Shown: positions 1-12,285 of the stretch, in pieces
Position numbering within the stretch: position 1 is the stretch's first letter
How the letters are laid out: the number at the start of each line of letters is the position of its first letter
Assembly: GCA_951406725.2 (NCBI GenBank)
Contig: OX597832.1
Location: 50,530,001-50,594,000 of the forward strand
Reading direction: 5' to 3'
DNA: 64,000 bases
DNA from: Octopus vulgaris
Lineage: Eukaryota
Made by a program: the position numbers and the translations under genes
Notes under the pieces: model-generated
The model's database searches: none
Seen by the model: the letters and a program-made list of their open reading frames with translations, nothing else
What the model was told of the DNA's origin: nothing

Positions 1-163
1 TGGTCAAATCAGGTTCTGTCTTCTACTGCTGCTTCCAATGATACTACATAACAAAGTGCAATTTATTCCATGATTGAATGGATTGCAAATACCTTCTCAT
101 GTGTACACACACAGTTTATAGAGAAAGGAAGATGGTTAAGCAACCAACAAGATTAAAAATGAA

Positions 164-597
164 GGATCTTTTCGGTTTGACCGGCAGTTTTTTCTAGCGG
201 TGTCATATGAAATTGTCACCCATAATTATGACCCTAGTATCGATCTATTGCATTTCAATCTGTTTTAGGGTTAGAGTTGGGGTTAGGGTTAGGGTTAGGG
301 GTGGGAGAAGGGTATCTTTTTTTCTTCAGAAATGTAAATAAACCCAATCTGTTTCTTAAACAAGGGACATATTCATACGGCACAGAATGTTTTCACCTCA
401 ATAGACATCATTGATTGGTTGAAATTGCAGATTTTGAAGAAAAAAAACAACAAATATATTACAAACTATAGAATTTTCTCAATAAAGCCAAGAGAAAAAG
501 ATGTTTTATAAACACATTCTACCAGTATACGAAGTTTAAAGGCGTTTAGTTACGCAGAAATTATTTTTAAAAACTGCCGATCAAACCGAAAAGATCC
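164..597. mobile_element. Non-autonomous DNA transposon, ~30-bp TIR GGATCTTTTCGGTTTGA.., 8-bp TSD, internal TTAGGG repeats (copy 1)
   Basis: TIRs seen at both ends; TSD aaaatgaa at 156-163 and 598-605. Confidence 0.9.
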
Positions 598-986
598 AAA
601 ATGAAACTTGTTAAAAGGCAGAAGAGGTTTCTCAAAGTCAATAGCTAAACTTAACTGAAGCGGAGCCATGCAACACCAGGTTATCTTTCTATTGAAACTG
701 TACACGATGGAGGAGGTAAGCTCAAATATATTGGATCTACTATTATATCCAATGTATAGTCATTGCCTGATGACTTTCAATGATGTAAAGAGTGATTTTG
801 AATGATGGATCAGTGGTCAGACCAGCGATGCACAACTTTTTCCAGAAAGTAGTCTATATAATTCATTTGGAAAATTTCATGGCCCCACTACAAATGAATT
901 TACTTTCAATTGAAATAAGCAACAATACAGTAAGACATAAATATTTTTAATTAAAAATTAATCATGCATTGCTTAAGAAATAAGAT

Positions 987-1642
987 CACTAGCGTAGCTG
1001 GTGGGGAAGACTTTTAAAAGGGTGGCACTTTTTTCCGGGCGGAATGCTTAGTGGTATTTTGTCTGTCTTTATGTTCTGAGTTCAAATTCTGCCGAGGTCG
1101 ACTTAGCTTTTCATCCTTTCGGGGTAGATTAAATAAGTACCAGTTTACACACTGGGGTCGATATAATTGACTTAATCCGTTTGTCTGTCCTTGTTTGTCC
1201 TCTCTGTGTTTAGCCCCTTGTGGGTAGTAAAGAATTAGGTATTTTGTCTGCCGCTACGTTCTGAGTTCAAGTTCTGCCGAGGTCGACTTTGCCTTTCATC
1301 CTTTGGGGTTGATTAAATAAGTACCAGTTACGCCCTGGGGTCGATATAATCGACTTAATCCGTTTGTCTGACCTTGTTTGTCCTTCCTGAGTTTAGACCC
1401 TTGTGGGTAGTAAAGAAATAGAAATAGGTATTTCATCTGTCTTTACGTTCTGAGTTCAAATTCCACCGAGGTCGACTTAGCTTTTCATTCTTTCGGGATC
1501 GATAAATTAGGTACCAGTTGTGTACTGGGGTCGATCTAATCGATTGGCTCCTCCCCACCAAATTTCGGGTCTTGTGCCTAAAGTAGAAAAGAATGTGTTT
1601 TCTGTGGGGTCCGGGGCGGCATATACTCTAGCTACTCTAGTG
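987..1642. mobile_element. hAT-like MITE (CACTAGCGTAGC..GCTACTCTAGTG) containing a tandem SINE insertion (~1040-1595)
   Basis: 8-bp TSD aataagat at 979-986 and 1643-1650. Confidence 0.75.
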
Positions 1643-1920
1643 AATAAGATACATATGTATTTACTTTAAACTGATGTAGCGTTTACATTGTCTTATGTTA
1701 AAAATATTAATGATTTCGTCAGTCATGTTGTTATGGGCCACCAATCCTTTGGTGTGGCTCACATAGTACATTGGTTCTCAAAGATTTTGTTGTTAAAATT
1801 TATCTGCAATAAATTAGTTATACATCTACAATACACAAATTATTTTAACAATATTTTTATACAATTCCTAATAATATTTAATTATAAAAACATTGAATGT
1901 CTGGGAAGGGCCCATCTGAG

Positions 1921-2323
1921 GGATCTTTTCGGTTTGAACGGCAGTTTTTTCTAGCGGTGTCATATGAAATTGTCACCCATAATTATGACCTTAGTATCGA
2001 TCTATTGCATTTCAATCTATTTTAGGGTTAGGGGAAGGGTATCTTCTTTTCTTCAGAAATGTAAATAAACCCAATCTGTTTCTTAAACGAGGGACATATT
2101 CATACGGCACAGAATGCTTTTTACCTCAATAGACGTCAGTGATTGGTTGAAATTGCAGATATTGAAGAAAAAACAACAAATATCTTACAAACTATAGAAT
2201 TTTCTCAATAAAGCCAAGAGAAAAAGATGTTTTATAAACACATTCTACCAGTATACGAAGTTTAAAAGTGTTTAGTTACGTGGAAATTATTTTAAAAAAC
2301 TGCCGTTCAAACCGAAAAGATCC
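1921..2323. mobile_element. Same MITE family, copy 2
   Basis: TIRs; TSD catctgag on both sides; near-identical to copy 1. Confidence 0.9.
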
Positions 2324-3716
2324 CATCTGAGTAACATAGCAATCAAAGGGAGTGCACAGGTATAAAAAAATGGTTGAAAAACACCGATGCAGTACATTAC
2401 TGGGTGAAAATATTCATAGGTGTTAGTAAATTGGTTGAGAAGAAAGATCACTAATCCTTATCTTATATATATTTAGTCGTTCGTGTAATAAAAGTGATGG
2501 CCCCTACATGGACCGCATTCAGTTCTCTACTGGAGCCAGTCAATTTCACTAATATTATTACTGACCCTGGGGAAAAAATGTGTCTGTCAGATTATCGCAT
2601 TTTCCATCCTGAATAAATTCATGATAAGAACAAAAAAAAAGATTTAAAAAAAAAGAAGGAAACTTCGGTGTGTTGTAATGTTTTTGTTGTTTATTTAGCT
2701 CAAGGGCAGCCCTAATCCTGCAGAACTATAATCAAAAGCGTTCTAACTGATCAACCTGCTTTTTTTTCTTTTTACGAAAAATATCTATAATGTCCAATGC
2801 AGTAAGGCGTAATTAGAGAAAAATTTGAATGCTATTTCTGACAGATCGTGTAACTGCATGGTGATCGGTATAGGTTCGATTCTCAGTGTTAGACGACCCA
2901 AGGAAGTTTTGATCGTCACATAATTTCAGTTCAATTCATCTGTGAATCTATCTTGTACCTACGTAAAAAAATATCCTTGAGGTCAAAAATCCTACTTTAA
3001 AAAAAGTGATATGAAATTAAACAAAATTAGAATCAAGTATAGAATTATTAGCATTTATTTCGAAAATAGTCTAAAAGGTTTCGAACCCTTTTTACACGAT
3101 GCTGGCTAATAAAAAAAAAAACCAGGGCCAACGATAGCTAATTCTATGCCCTAATTACGTTGCGTAGCCCTTTCACTCTTCAACTTCAGCAAAATTTGTA
3201 CTCATTTGGTTTGATCGGCCACGTTTGTCGTCCGAACAGATTGAAATTACGAGGGAATTCCTACCTAGTCGCTTAACCAGCTAGAAATAGCAACAAAATC
3301 TCCCTCGAATTGCACATCGTCTTCTAGGATCAGGTTGAATAATGTGGTTGGTCCCAGACCCTATAAAAAACACGGGGGTGGTCACATTTGGAATGCCTTT
3401 GATCGTAGATCTACTCTATCAGGGTTGTACCTAAGGATATATAACAACAAAATAAAATTACTTTAAAACGAAACCTAAGGAAAATCTTTATTAAGTTAGT
3501 GAATGCATTGAAGAATATATTGATGATGTGGCAACTATCTCTTCGTAAAATGCAGTAAAGGAGAGAGGACAAACAATGAAGATATTTTTTATCCGTTAAA
3601 AATTATATTTACATGCTTATAAAATAATAATTTTTTTTTCCATTTGAAATCGATAAAATAATTCCAAATAAGCTTTTACGAAAGAAAAACCCCTTTTGCT
3701 AATTTTTTTTTTCATA

Positions 3717-3771
3717 ACCGGAAATTAGTTTAAGTGCAGATCTGTTATTTGAGTTCGTCTGTTATGGCAAC
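3717..3771 (+). promoter_or_regulatory. Putative TMEM216 proximal promoter: ETS-like ACCGGAAA and imperfect RFX X-box GTCTGTTATGGCAAC (3757-3771)
   Basis: Motif match only. The X-box has a perfect ATGGCAAC half-site ending 18 nt before the ATG of a ciliary gene. Confidence 0.35.
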
Positions 3772-3788
3772 ATCAGATACAATAGAAA

Positions 3789-3846
3789 ATGGCGCTTGAC
3801 AGTCCGCAACATCCAGTGATAGCGATGAGCCCGGCTCCTCATCAGG
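3789..3846 (+). CDS. TMEM216: TMEM216/TMEM80-family protein, exon 1 (MALDSPQHPVIAMSPAPHQ-G)
   Basis: ATG at 3789, open frame to a phase-1 donor G|GTATAT at 3847, phase-compatible with exon 2. Lies just downstream of promoter-like motifs. Confidence 0.7.
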
Positions 3847-4244
3847 GTATATTTATGCATTTGATACATTAATACATTTTCTTTCTCAAATAGTTCTAAT
3901 TTTGGCTTACCTACATAAGTGTGCATCCACCCTAACCCCGACTTTTTTCCTCGTAACTTTCAGAAAAATGGATATTTTTCAATGAAATTTTCTACAAATA
4001 CCTTTCAGAGTATCTAACTTACAATTATCTCGGAATTTGATGTGAAAAAAAAAAAAAAAATGGTGAGCATGCACTCATAAGTACTGATTACATATCACTT
4101 TTTTTTTTTTTCCCGAAATTTCGAGTTTCGTTTTGTTGATATACGTACCGAGTGTCAGTATGTATGTGTGGAACTCACCAATTTTTTCGTTTTTCGTATT
4201 AAATTCTCATATAATCGTAATCTACACACTCTGAAAGGTATCTT

Positions 4245-4435
4245 GGCGATCCTTCGGTATAGGTACCGTAAGTAACGGAAGTGGCTTTGTTTACATTTCT
4301 GAAGATAACAGAAACCCTTTTCTCCCACCCCCAACCCAAACCCTAACCTCCCCATATATATATATATATATAAAAAAAAAAAACACTTTGTTGAAATGTA
4401 TCCTGTACTTCAGGTACCTATACCGAAGTTACGCC
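4245..4435. mobile_element. Second GG..CC MITE with 8-bp TSD and CCCTAA-like core, nested in an older inverted-repeat element (~3950-4650)
   Basis: TIR GGCGATCCTTCGGTATAGGTACC / GGTACCTATACCGAAGTTACGCC; TSD ggtatctt. Confidence 0.8.
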
Positions 4436-6314
4436 GGTATCTTTAGAAAATTTCATTGAAAAATACCCATTTTTATGTAAGTTATGAAAAAACGAAACTT
4501 GTATGAGTCCCCCCCCCCCCCCCAATCCTCTCCCCACCCACGGTAAGATTTTGTCCACAATAAATTCCGATATAATCAGAATTTAGACCCCCTGAAACGT
4601 ATTTGTAGAAATTTTCATTAAAAATATCCATTTTCCTGGAAGTTACTAAGAACCAAAATGGTTGTGAGAGGCACACTTTTGTCGGTATGCCCTAACTTTT
4701 CTTCTCGTTGTTCATGAGGAATAAACTTGTATAACTGATGAAATAACGCACTGAACTCGTGGGTTGTTTATCTTAGATACCACTGGGGCAGGAAGCAGTA
4801 TTAAGAATTGTCAGTAAACGGATTGAGTAAGTACCAGTGATATATTAGGGTAGAGGGTAGCTTATATCATTCTCTTCCAAAACAAAAACAAAAGAGTTTA
4901 TTTTTACACTTTGGGATGAGGGATGTGATGCTATTGGCTGCAACTTAGCAACGGATCCCTGTCAGTTTCAATCAGGGATTTTCAGTTGTTTGATCAACTG
5001 AACAACTCACTCATTGAATTAGTATATAAGTGGCTGAATATTCCACAAACACATGTATCCTCATTAGTTCTCAGATGTAATCAATGTGATACAGAGGGTG
5101 ACAAGGCTCAATTCACTTTGCAATCACAGGTTCGATCTCACTGTGGGGCATCTCAAGCAGGTATTTTTTTTTTAGTGCATCCTCCAGTCAATCCCCCAGG
5201 CCTTGTGACTGAAATGGGGTTGATTGAACCTGTGTGGAAGCCTGTCGGCTGGAGTTTAATGAAATATTCAACAGCGGCTATCCCCAGCATCATTTCTAAG
5301 TAAACAACTTCTCTAAGAGTTAAATGTTTTTGCTAGAGTCACGGGACAATATAATTTTATATTGCAAGTTGACTTTGTAATAAACTTGGCCAATTATAGT
5401 TTTGAGTTCAGCACTTAACCAAAATCTTAGTCTAAGTAGACTTGGTTGTCTGTGGCTAATCACACTAAAACAATGTTTTTGAGTAAACATTAAAGAATTT
5501 TTAATCCGTTATAAAAACTGTTAATTTAATGCATATAATTCAGTAAAGGGGGCCCCAGCCATAGAAGTGGTGCCAAAAATGGAACCTGTGATTGAATAAT
5601 GGTCCTCCAACCAGTAGCATAGCTAGAACGTGTGCTACCTGGGGCAGCCCTTGAGTCTGTCCCCACCCCCATACTGTCTTCTATACAGGTTTATACAGCA
5701 AATCCAAAAGTGTTGACCCACATAATAGCGCTGTCCAGAGCAGACTGCTCCCATTCCATGGCACACCCTCTCCAACTACAATCCTATCTCCAACCTAAGA
5801 AATACTGGGAATGTGAGGTTCTGTTCAAACCATATCAACATGGAAATTGGATGTAAATTGTATGTATTGATTCAATCATTATGACTTTGTTAACTATGGG
5901 CAAAGCTTAAGCTTTGATGATGAGATCAGAATGATACCAAGACATGTAAAATTATCTTCCATACTTGTTAAGAAAAAATGAAACCGATATTAATATTTGA
6001 TTAATATTGATTTTGGAAACAGGTGCAGGTTGGCAACAGGAAGAGCATCCTGCCATTGAAAATCTGCCTCAACAAATTCTGTCTGACCCATGCAAGCATG
6101 GAAAAGTAGATGTTAAATGATGATGATGTATATTTGCTCAATATTTTAATTTATTATAAGTTCTCATATATATTGCCAGGTTTTATTTTGAATTTAGTTT
6201 ATCTGTAAATAAAAATATATTAGTCTATTGCATATATTAACATTTTCAGCACAAGGATTAAATTTAGCATTACTGTACCAAAAGGAAAAAAAAACGGTAA
6301 AATTTCCTCATTAA

Positions 6315-6535
6315 CCCTTTTGTTACCATATTTATTTTGAGATGCTCTGTGTTTCTTTCAATTACTTTAAATATAACAAAGAATTTAGTAAAATAACTTA
6401 GTTATAATTAAGCTGATGTTAGGAACATAAATTGTAACTAAGGTTTGGTGGAAGATTTTAATTCAAAACTTATGAAAATAAGATATTTGTACCACAGAGC
6501 CAGAGCCGGTTTCAGCCGGGTTGGTAACGAAAGGG
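6315..6535. mobile_element. piggyBac-type MITE
   Basis: TTAA TSDs and CCCTTT..AAAGGG termini. Homologous copies at 16921-17141 and, inverted, at 47829-48050. Confidence 0.85.
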
Positions 6536-6610
6536 TTAAGAAATTTCTGGAGATTTTCTTTATTATAGCTTGTTGTCTGTTTCAAATTAAAACATTTAAA
6601 AATGACATGT

Positions 6611-7136
6611 AGGTGGAATTTTGGTTTAACTACCTCATATAACCCCTCGTTAACTTTTATTTTTATTAGAATTTTCAGAAAATTTTTGCAAATTTTTAAT
6701 TTAAAAAAAAATTTTTAAACCCCATCCCCCATAAATCCTAGAAGTTCCACTCTTTCTCCTTTATTTTTAAAAATCAGAGCTTAAAATATGGACAGTCCAG
6801 TCCGGATTTTGGAGCTTAAATCCCAGCAATGGACCACTCTTGAGTGCTTCATCATTCCATTAAATGTGTTTATGGGGAGAAAAATATTGAAAAGCATCAA
6901 AACATGTCAGAGTGACAAAGAAATGAGGAAGACATCAGGTACTTGTGAGATATGCTAAAAATTACTGGTAAATTGCCCTTAAATCATATGCACAAAAATT
7001 TCTTTTTCTTTTGCATAATCATATGAATTCCCATGTGCAGAACACAAAGTTGCAAAAGTTTTCTGAAAATTCCCCCCCCCCCCAAAAAAAAATTTTATGT
7101 GGGGTTATATGGGATGTTAGAACCAGAATTCCACTT
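6611..7136. mobile_element. Degraded long-TIR non-autonomous DNA element
   Basis: GTGGAATTTTGGTTTAAC..ATAACCCC versus GGGGTTAT..GTTAGAACCAGAATTCCAC inverted ends. Confidence 0.5.
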
Positions 7137-7181
7137 AGGTTTTTAACTGAAATTTTAATTTTTTTCTATTTTATTTTTTAG

Positions 7182-7198
7182 GCTGTAGCACTACTATT
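7182..7198 (+). CDS. TMEM216: TMEM216-like exon 2, 17-nt microexon (G-CSTTI)
   Basis: Long poly-T tract plus AG at 7180-7181, then donor GTATCCTTTT (U12 consensus). It converts phase 1 (exon 1) to phase 0 (exon 3). Confidence 0.7.
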
Positions 7199-7787
7199 GT
7201 ATCCTTTTCAAATTTGAATCTCATTCCTTGGGACTTGCTCCTTGTCTTTAATTATGAAACTGATTTCTATCATGTCCAATTTGCAAACAGAGCCAGCTTT
7301 GTGACATCACATCAATAAAAGAACTTCTGCATGGTCTTCTGACTTGCTAGAAATATAAGTCAAATCTCCTTGAAATTATACTTTAGTACTTAAGTAGAGA
7401 AATGACTTATTCAATTGTGTAGTCCATGTCATCAAACAGATAAGATGGTCATGATTAGAATATTATCAGTGCTTTGGTTGGCCCGAGGCTATAGTAGAAG
7501 ACACTTGCCCAAGGTGCCACACAGTGGGACTGAACCCGGAACCATGTGGTTGGTAAGCAAGCTACTTACCACACAGCCACTCCTACTTACCTAAGCACTG
7601 TCTTGTGTGTAATTCTAAAAAATTTAAATATAGATAATTCTTCAAGCCCTCGTTATAAGATATCTCATGGAAACTAAAAATACAAAGCAAAACTTGAAGG
7701 TATAAAGGTTTTAATGATAATTACAAGATAATTACTGCTTTTATCTTCCTGAAACCCCATCGTTATTCTTCTTAATTACATCACCAG
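7199..7787 (+). other. U12-type (minor spliceosome) GT-AG intron
   Basis: 5' site GTATCCTTTT; branch-like TTCTTAAT at 7769-7776, 12-13 nt from the CAG; no polypyrimidine tract. Confidence 0.8.
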
Positions 7788-7881
7788 AGATCATCGTTGT
7801 CTTACCAGATTCTACTCTTCCTTAACCAATGGTACTTTGGATTATTTTTTATTCTTGAAATATTTATCTTCATATTTAAAG
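7788..7881 (+). CDS. TMEM216: TMEM216-like exon 3 (RSSLSYQILLFLNQWYFGLFFILEIFIFIFK-G)
   Basis: Translation matches the TMEM216 N-terminal TM segment (LSSTPLEILFFLNGWY..LELFIFLYKG). CAG acceptor, GTGAGT donor. Confidence 0.9.
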
Positions 7882-8595
7882 GTGAGTAGAATTACTTCCA
7901 TAAGATTTTGCTAAGAATTGTGAAATTATACTTTCCTGCTAATTTAATGCCATGGTGTTAAATCTTCTGGAGAATTAGTGCACTTCAAATATTGATTTCA
8001 AATTTTGGCACAAGGTTTCATACATGTGTTCAAATTTTGGCACAAAGCCAGTAATTTCAGGGGAGTGTCAGTCGATTACACCAACCCCAATGTTCAACTG
8101 GAACTTATTCTATCAACTCCAGAAGGTGGAATTTGAATTCATAATGTAAAGACAGATGAAATGCCACTAAGCATTTTGTCCAGTGTGCTAATAGTTCCAT
8201 CAGCTTGTTACCCTTCAGGGCTTCAAATATTACGTTATCTTGCTTGAAAGCAGGTGAGGGTTGGCAACTGAAAGGGCATTTAGGCATGGGAAATCTGCCT
8301 CAATAAACTATGTATGAGCCATGCAAGGATGGCAAAGAGCATATTAAAATAGCAATGGTGATTGATGCATGCAGGCTGCAGTGAATAAATAGTCATCTAA
8401 AATACGCAAAAATGAAAATAACACTGACATCTTATTTGAACAGATATATTTACCAACATTGCATAAAAATATCTTTTTTATGCATGCTAAACCACTGATA
8501 TTATTATAAACAATAATATCCTCATATATATTTAAATCATTTTTATTCACTTTGCACCCCGTATGTATATATAATAATTTTATATATATATATAT

Positions 8596-9425
8596 CATCA
8601 TCATCGTTTAACATCTGCTTTTCACGCTAGGATTGGTTTGGATGATTTGACTGAAGACTGGTGAACCAAATGGCTGCACCAGGCTCTAATCTGATCTGGC
8701 AGAATTTCTACAGCTGGATGCCCTTCCTAACACCAACCACTCTGAGAGTGTAGTGGGTGCTTTTACATGCCACCGGTATGAGGGCCAGTCAGGCGGTACT
8801 AGCAATGGCCACGCTCGAGTGGTGTTTTTTACATGCCACATGCACAGGAGCCAGTCCAGTGGCACTGGCAACAACCTCACTCAAAGGTTTTTCAGGCGAC
8901 GCTGGTAACAATCACGTTTGAATGGTGCTTTTTACATGCCACTGACATGGAAGCCGGTCAGCTGCTATGGCAGCGATCACACTCGTATGGTGCTCTTAGC
9001 GCTCCACTAGCATGGGTGCCAGTCATTGAATTTGCGAATTTGATTTTAATTTCAATTTCACTTGCCTCAACAGGTCTTCGCAAACAGAGTTTAGTGTCCA
9101 ATGAAGGAAAGGTACGCATAAGTGGGCTAGTAACACCCTGGCATAGGCCACGGGTTATGGTCTCACGCGCTGCATATTTCCAAAGGTCTTGGTCCCTAGT
9201 CATTGCCTCAGTGAGGCCTAATATTCGAAGGACATGCTTCACCACCTCATCCCATGTCTTCCTGGGTCTACCTCTTCCACAGGTTCCCTCAACCGCTAGG
9301 ATGTGGTACTTTTTCACACAGCTATCCTCATCCATTCTCACCACATGACCATACCAGCGCAGTCGTCTCTCTTGTACACTACATCTGATGCTTCTTAGGT
9401 CCAACTTTTCTCTCAAGTTACTCAT
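8596..9425 (-). mobile_element. 5'-truncated RTE-clade LINE (RT C-terminus, 3' UTR, (GAT)n tail)
   Basis: QERRLRWYGHVVRM...GRGRPRKTWDEVV. Same family as 53800-55225. Confidence 0.88.
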
Positions 9426-9717
9426 GTTATATATAAGCGGAAAGTGTAACCTCTCGAAAGAGCTGTTCTTCGCTCCGAAAAGCTCTATCTGCGACGATTT
9501 CATCTCAATCGAAGGAGAGGGGCTTTCTCCGTCCGGGTTGTGGATCCATGGAATAAGCTGCCAGACGAGATTATGAAGATGCCGACGACCGCTCGGTTCA
9601 AAGTCTCTCTTGACCAGAAACGGCCTAAACTCTTTGCATGAACACCCTCCCTGTACATAACTCTATGTCCCCCTACATGACCTTGCTTTTGCTTTTTGAG
9701 CCAAAAAATTAACTTAA

Positions 9718-9763
<46 letters not shown>

Positions 9764-9876
9764 TATATATATATACATATATATCTGCATATTTGTATAA
9801 CCTCTTATCTTTCTGTTTGGTACTGCTCATTACAGTCATGCATGCATATACATATATATATTTCTTTATGGTACAG

Positions 9877-9969
9877 GTGAAACACTACCCTATGCTCCAG
9901 GAGTTTTGAGTCTTGAAGTGCTGCTACTCTTCCTCTTGTTGATCATTGAGCAATTCCGGATTTTCTTTG
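9877..9969 (+). CDS. TMEM216: TMEM216-like exon 4 (ETLPYAPGVLSLEVLLLFLLLIIEQFRIFF-G)
   Basis: LPY...E.xR.FFG family motif. CAG acceptor, GTAAG donor, phase 1/1. Confidence 0.9.
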
Positions 9970-10678
9970 GTAAGGTCTAAGAAATATTTTCCTCATGTTT
10001 AATTTGTGCCGGAATCTCTGAAATCAAAGTGGGGGAATGGCTTCATCTTCTAAACCATTTAAGTAAATTGTTGAAAGCCTCAATAAGCCCAGACCCCAAA
10101 ATGTTGACATAACAGCTTGAAATTGGTTGTATGGTTGACCTTTAATTTTCGTTAGCTCAGCCTGGCAAGCTGAAAAATAAGCACCATATATAATCATCTA
10201 TGAATCATTGTGGTGGCTTAGTGGTTAGGGCGTTGGACACATGATCATAAGATTGTGGTTTCAATTCCTGGAACAGACAACGCCTTGTGTTCTTGAGCAA
10301 AACACTTCATTTCACATTGCTCCAGTCCACTCAGCCAGCAAAAATGAATAATCCTGGCATCCCGTCCAGGTTGGGATTTTATATGCCATGAAACCGGGAA
10401 ACTGGCCCTTGTGGGTCAGCATGACTCGAGAAGGTAACTTTTAATTTACTATTGAGGCTTTGTGTCTTGCTGGACTCTCTTTCATCGAAACAATGAGAGA
10501 ACCCTCTGCTGCCATCGATGATTGATTGAAAGTCCAGCAAGACACAAAATTGACCGTCACCCTATGGTCACCTATGTGCAGGGTTGAAGTTGAAAATTTC
10601 TAGTAGCATTCTTTACCTGTCTCCACCACCTCTTTCCCTGTCACTGCTAGACTTATGAAGAAAGTGTGATGGTATTGA

Positions 10679-10912
10679 AGGCGGCAAGCTGGCAGAAACG
10701 TTAGCATGCTGGGCGAAATGCTTAGTATTTCGTCTGTCGCTACGTTCTGAGTTCAAATTCTGCCGAGGTCGACTTTGCCTTTCATTCTTTTGGGGTCGAT
10801 AAATAAAGTATCATTTACGCAATGGGGTCGATATAATCGACTCAATCCGTCTGTCTGTCCTTGTTTATCCCCTCTATGTTTAGCCCCTTGTGGGTAGTAA
10901 AGAAATAGGTAT
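10679..10912 (+). mobile_element. SINE family B (GGCGGCAAGCTGGCAGAAACGTTAGC..GAGTTCAAATTC..GCCTTTCATCCTTTCGGGGTCGA)
   Basis: Split A/B boxes. Copies at 1040-1595, 17363-17591(-), 18015-18430(-), 22817-23210(-), 33928-34145. Confidence 0.85.
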
Positions 10913-11778
10913 TGGTTCCGGTGCACTGAACAACCTGCATGATGTTATAGTGGCTTGCATGGTTTGTGCAGAACCAGTCCTGCCCTCTCGTCTTTCAAAC
11001 TTGATTTGGTCTGGTGCAACAAGTGCCATGAGTTGACTGGCAAAATGCTGCTGTTTTTGCCTGAGATTCATTCTGGTTGTCTCAGGCCTTGTGAATAACA
11101 TTTACTCACAGATACATGCCGAGAGGAAGTTAGTCATTTCCAATATATATTGGAAACAGTGAATAGGACATTTATTGATAGTGCAAATAGCTGCTGGGTT
11201 GAATAAAAATATCAATGTACACAGTTGAAGCAGCATTAAACTGAAATACCTAAATGTCACGTCATCGTCATCATCATCATCATCACCACCACCACCATCA
11301 CCATCATCATCGTTTAACGTCTGCTTTCTACGCTAGCATGGATTGGATGATTTGACTGAGGACTGGTGAACCAGATGGCTGCACCAGACTCCAATTTGAT
11401 CTGGCAGAGTTTCTACAGCTGGATGCCTTCCTAACGCCAACCACTCTGAGAGTATAGTGGGTGCTTTTATGTGCCACTGGCACGAGGGCCAGTCAGGTGG
11501 TACTGGCAACAGCCACGCTCAAATGGTGCTTTTTATGTGCCACCTGCACAGGAGCCAGTTCAGTGTTTGTTGCAGAAAGTGGTCTGTGTTTGTGGTGGCA
11601 AGTGATGGTGGGGCGCTAGGAATATGACCCTGGGGCTGAAAAAGTTTGGGAACCACTGACTTTAAATGTAAACTATGAAGTCCTACTTTGTGTTAGTCTT
11701 TCACCAGTATTGTCTTCTCAACACTTTCTCTGTGTCTACCTGTATGTGACTGGTTTGTTTTAACATGTTTCATTGTAG

Positions 11779-11980
11779 GTAAAAAGGGTAACCTCACCGA
11801 ACGCATCAATGGTGTAGCAATGAGCATCTTCTTGAGTCTACCTTCATTGAGTGTAACACTTTATCTCACTTTCTGGCAGTCCTATGTCCTGCAGCTGGAA
11901 GTTATTTTGACGGCAATTGAAATAACGTTTATTGGTGCAGAATTTATTTTTGGACTTCTATTCATTATTACATTTGCAAG
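11779..11980 (+). CDS. TMEM216: TMEM216-like exon 5 (KKGNLTER...WQSYVLQLEVIL...ITFAR)
   Basis: GNLTE and Q(T/S)YVL.LE hallmarks of the TMEM17/216/80 family. TAG acceptor, GTAAGA donor. Confidence 0.92.
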
Positions 11981-12084
11981 GTAAGAAACATTAACTGTCA
12001 AAATTACACTTAAGAGCCTTACCCCTTTCCTTCATACTACCCCCTCCTGCTGTTTGTTCCCCTCCCTTCTCTTATACTTTAACC

Positions 12085-12285
12085 CAGTGGTTTTCAACCA
12101 GGGTTCCGCCAGTACAGTCCAGGGGTTCCGCAAGAAGTTACAAAACTGCTAAAATCGGCAGTAATTTTTAATTCTCCTGTGCAGATATGTGTGCATAAAA
12201 CTATTAAATTATTGCACAGGGGTTCCTCAAGCCAGTGGAATGTTTCCTTGGGGTTCCGCTCCAGCAAAAAGTTTGAAAAGCACTG
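12085..12285. mobile_element. hAT-type MITE (CAGTGGTTTTCAA..TTGAAAAGCACTG)
   Basis: TIRs and 8-bp TSD ctttaacc. Confidence 0.85.

Noticed and set aside
264-305. Chromosome end or telomere fusion
   Set aside because: The TTAGGG repeats are internal to a MITE present three times in the window.
1040-1595. CRISPR-like regularly spaced repeats
   Set aside because: Units are ~185-bp SINE bodies with no unique spacers; the DNA is eukaryotic and has no cas genes.
8833-9576. Plus-strand 171-aa and 62-aa ORFs
   Set aside because: Antisense to the RTE fragment or spanning its junction with an unclassified repeat.
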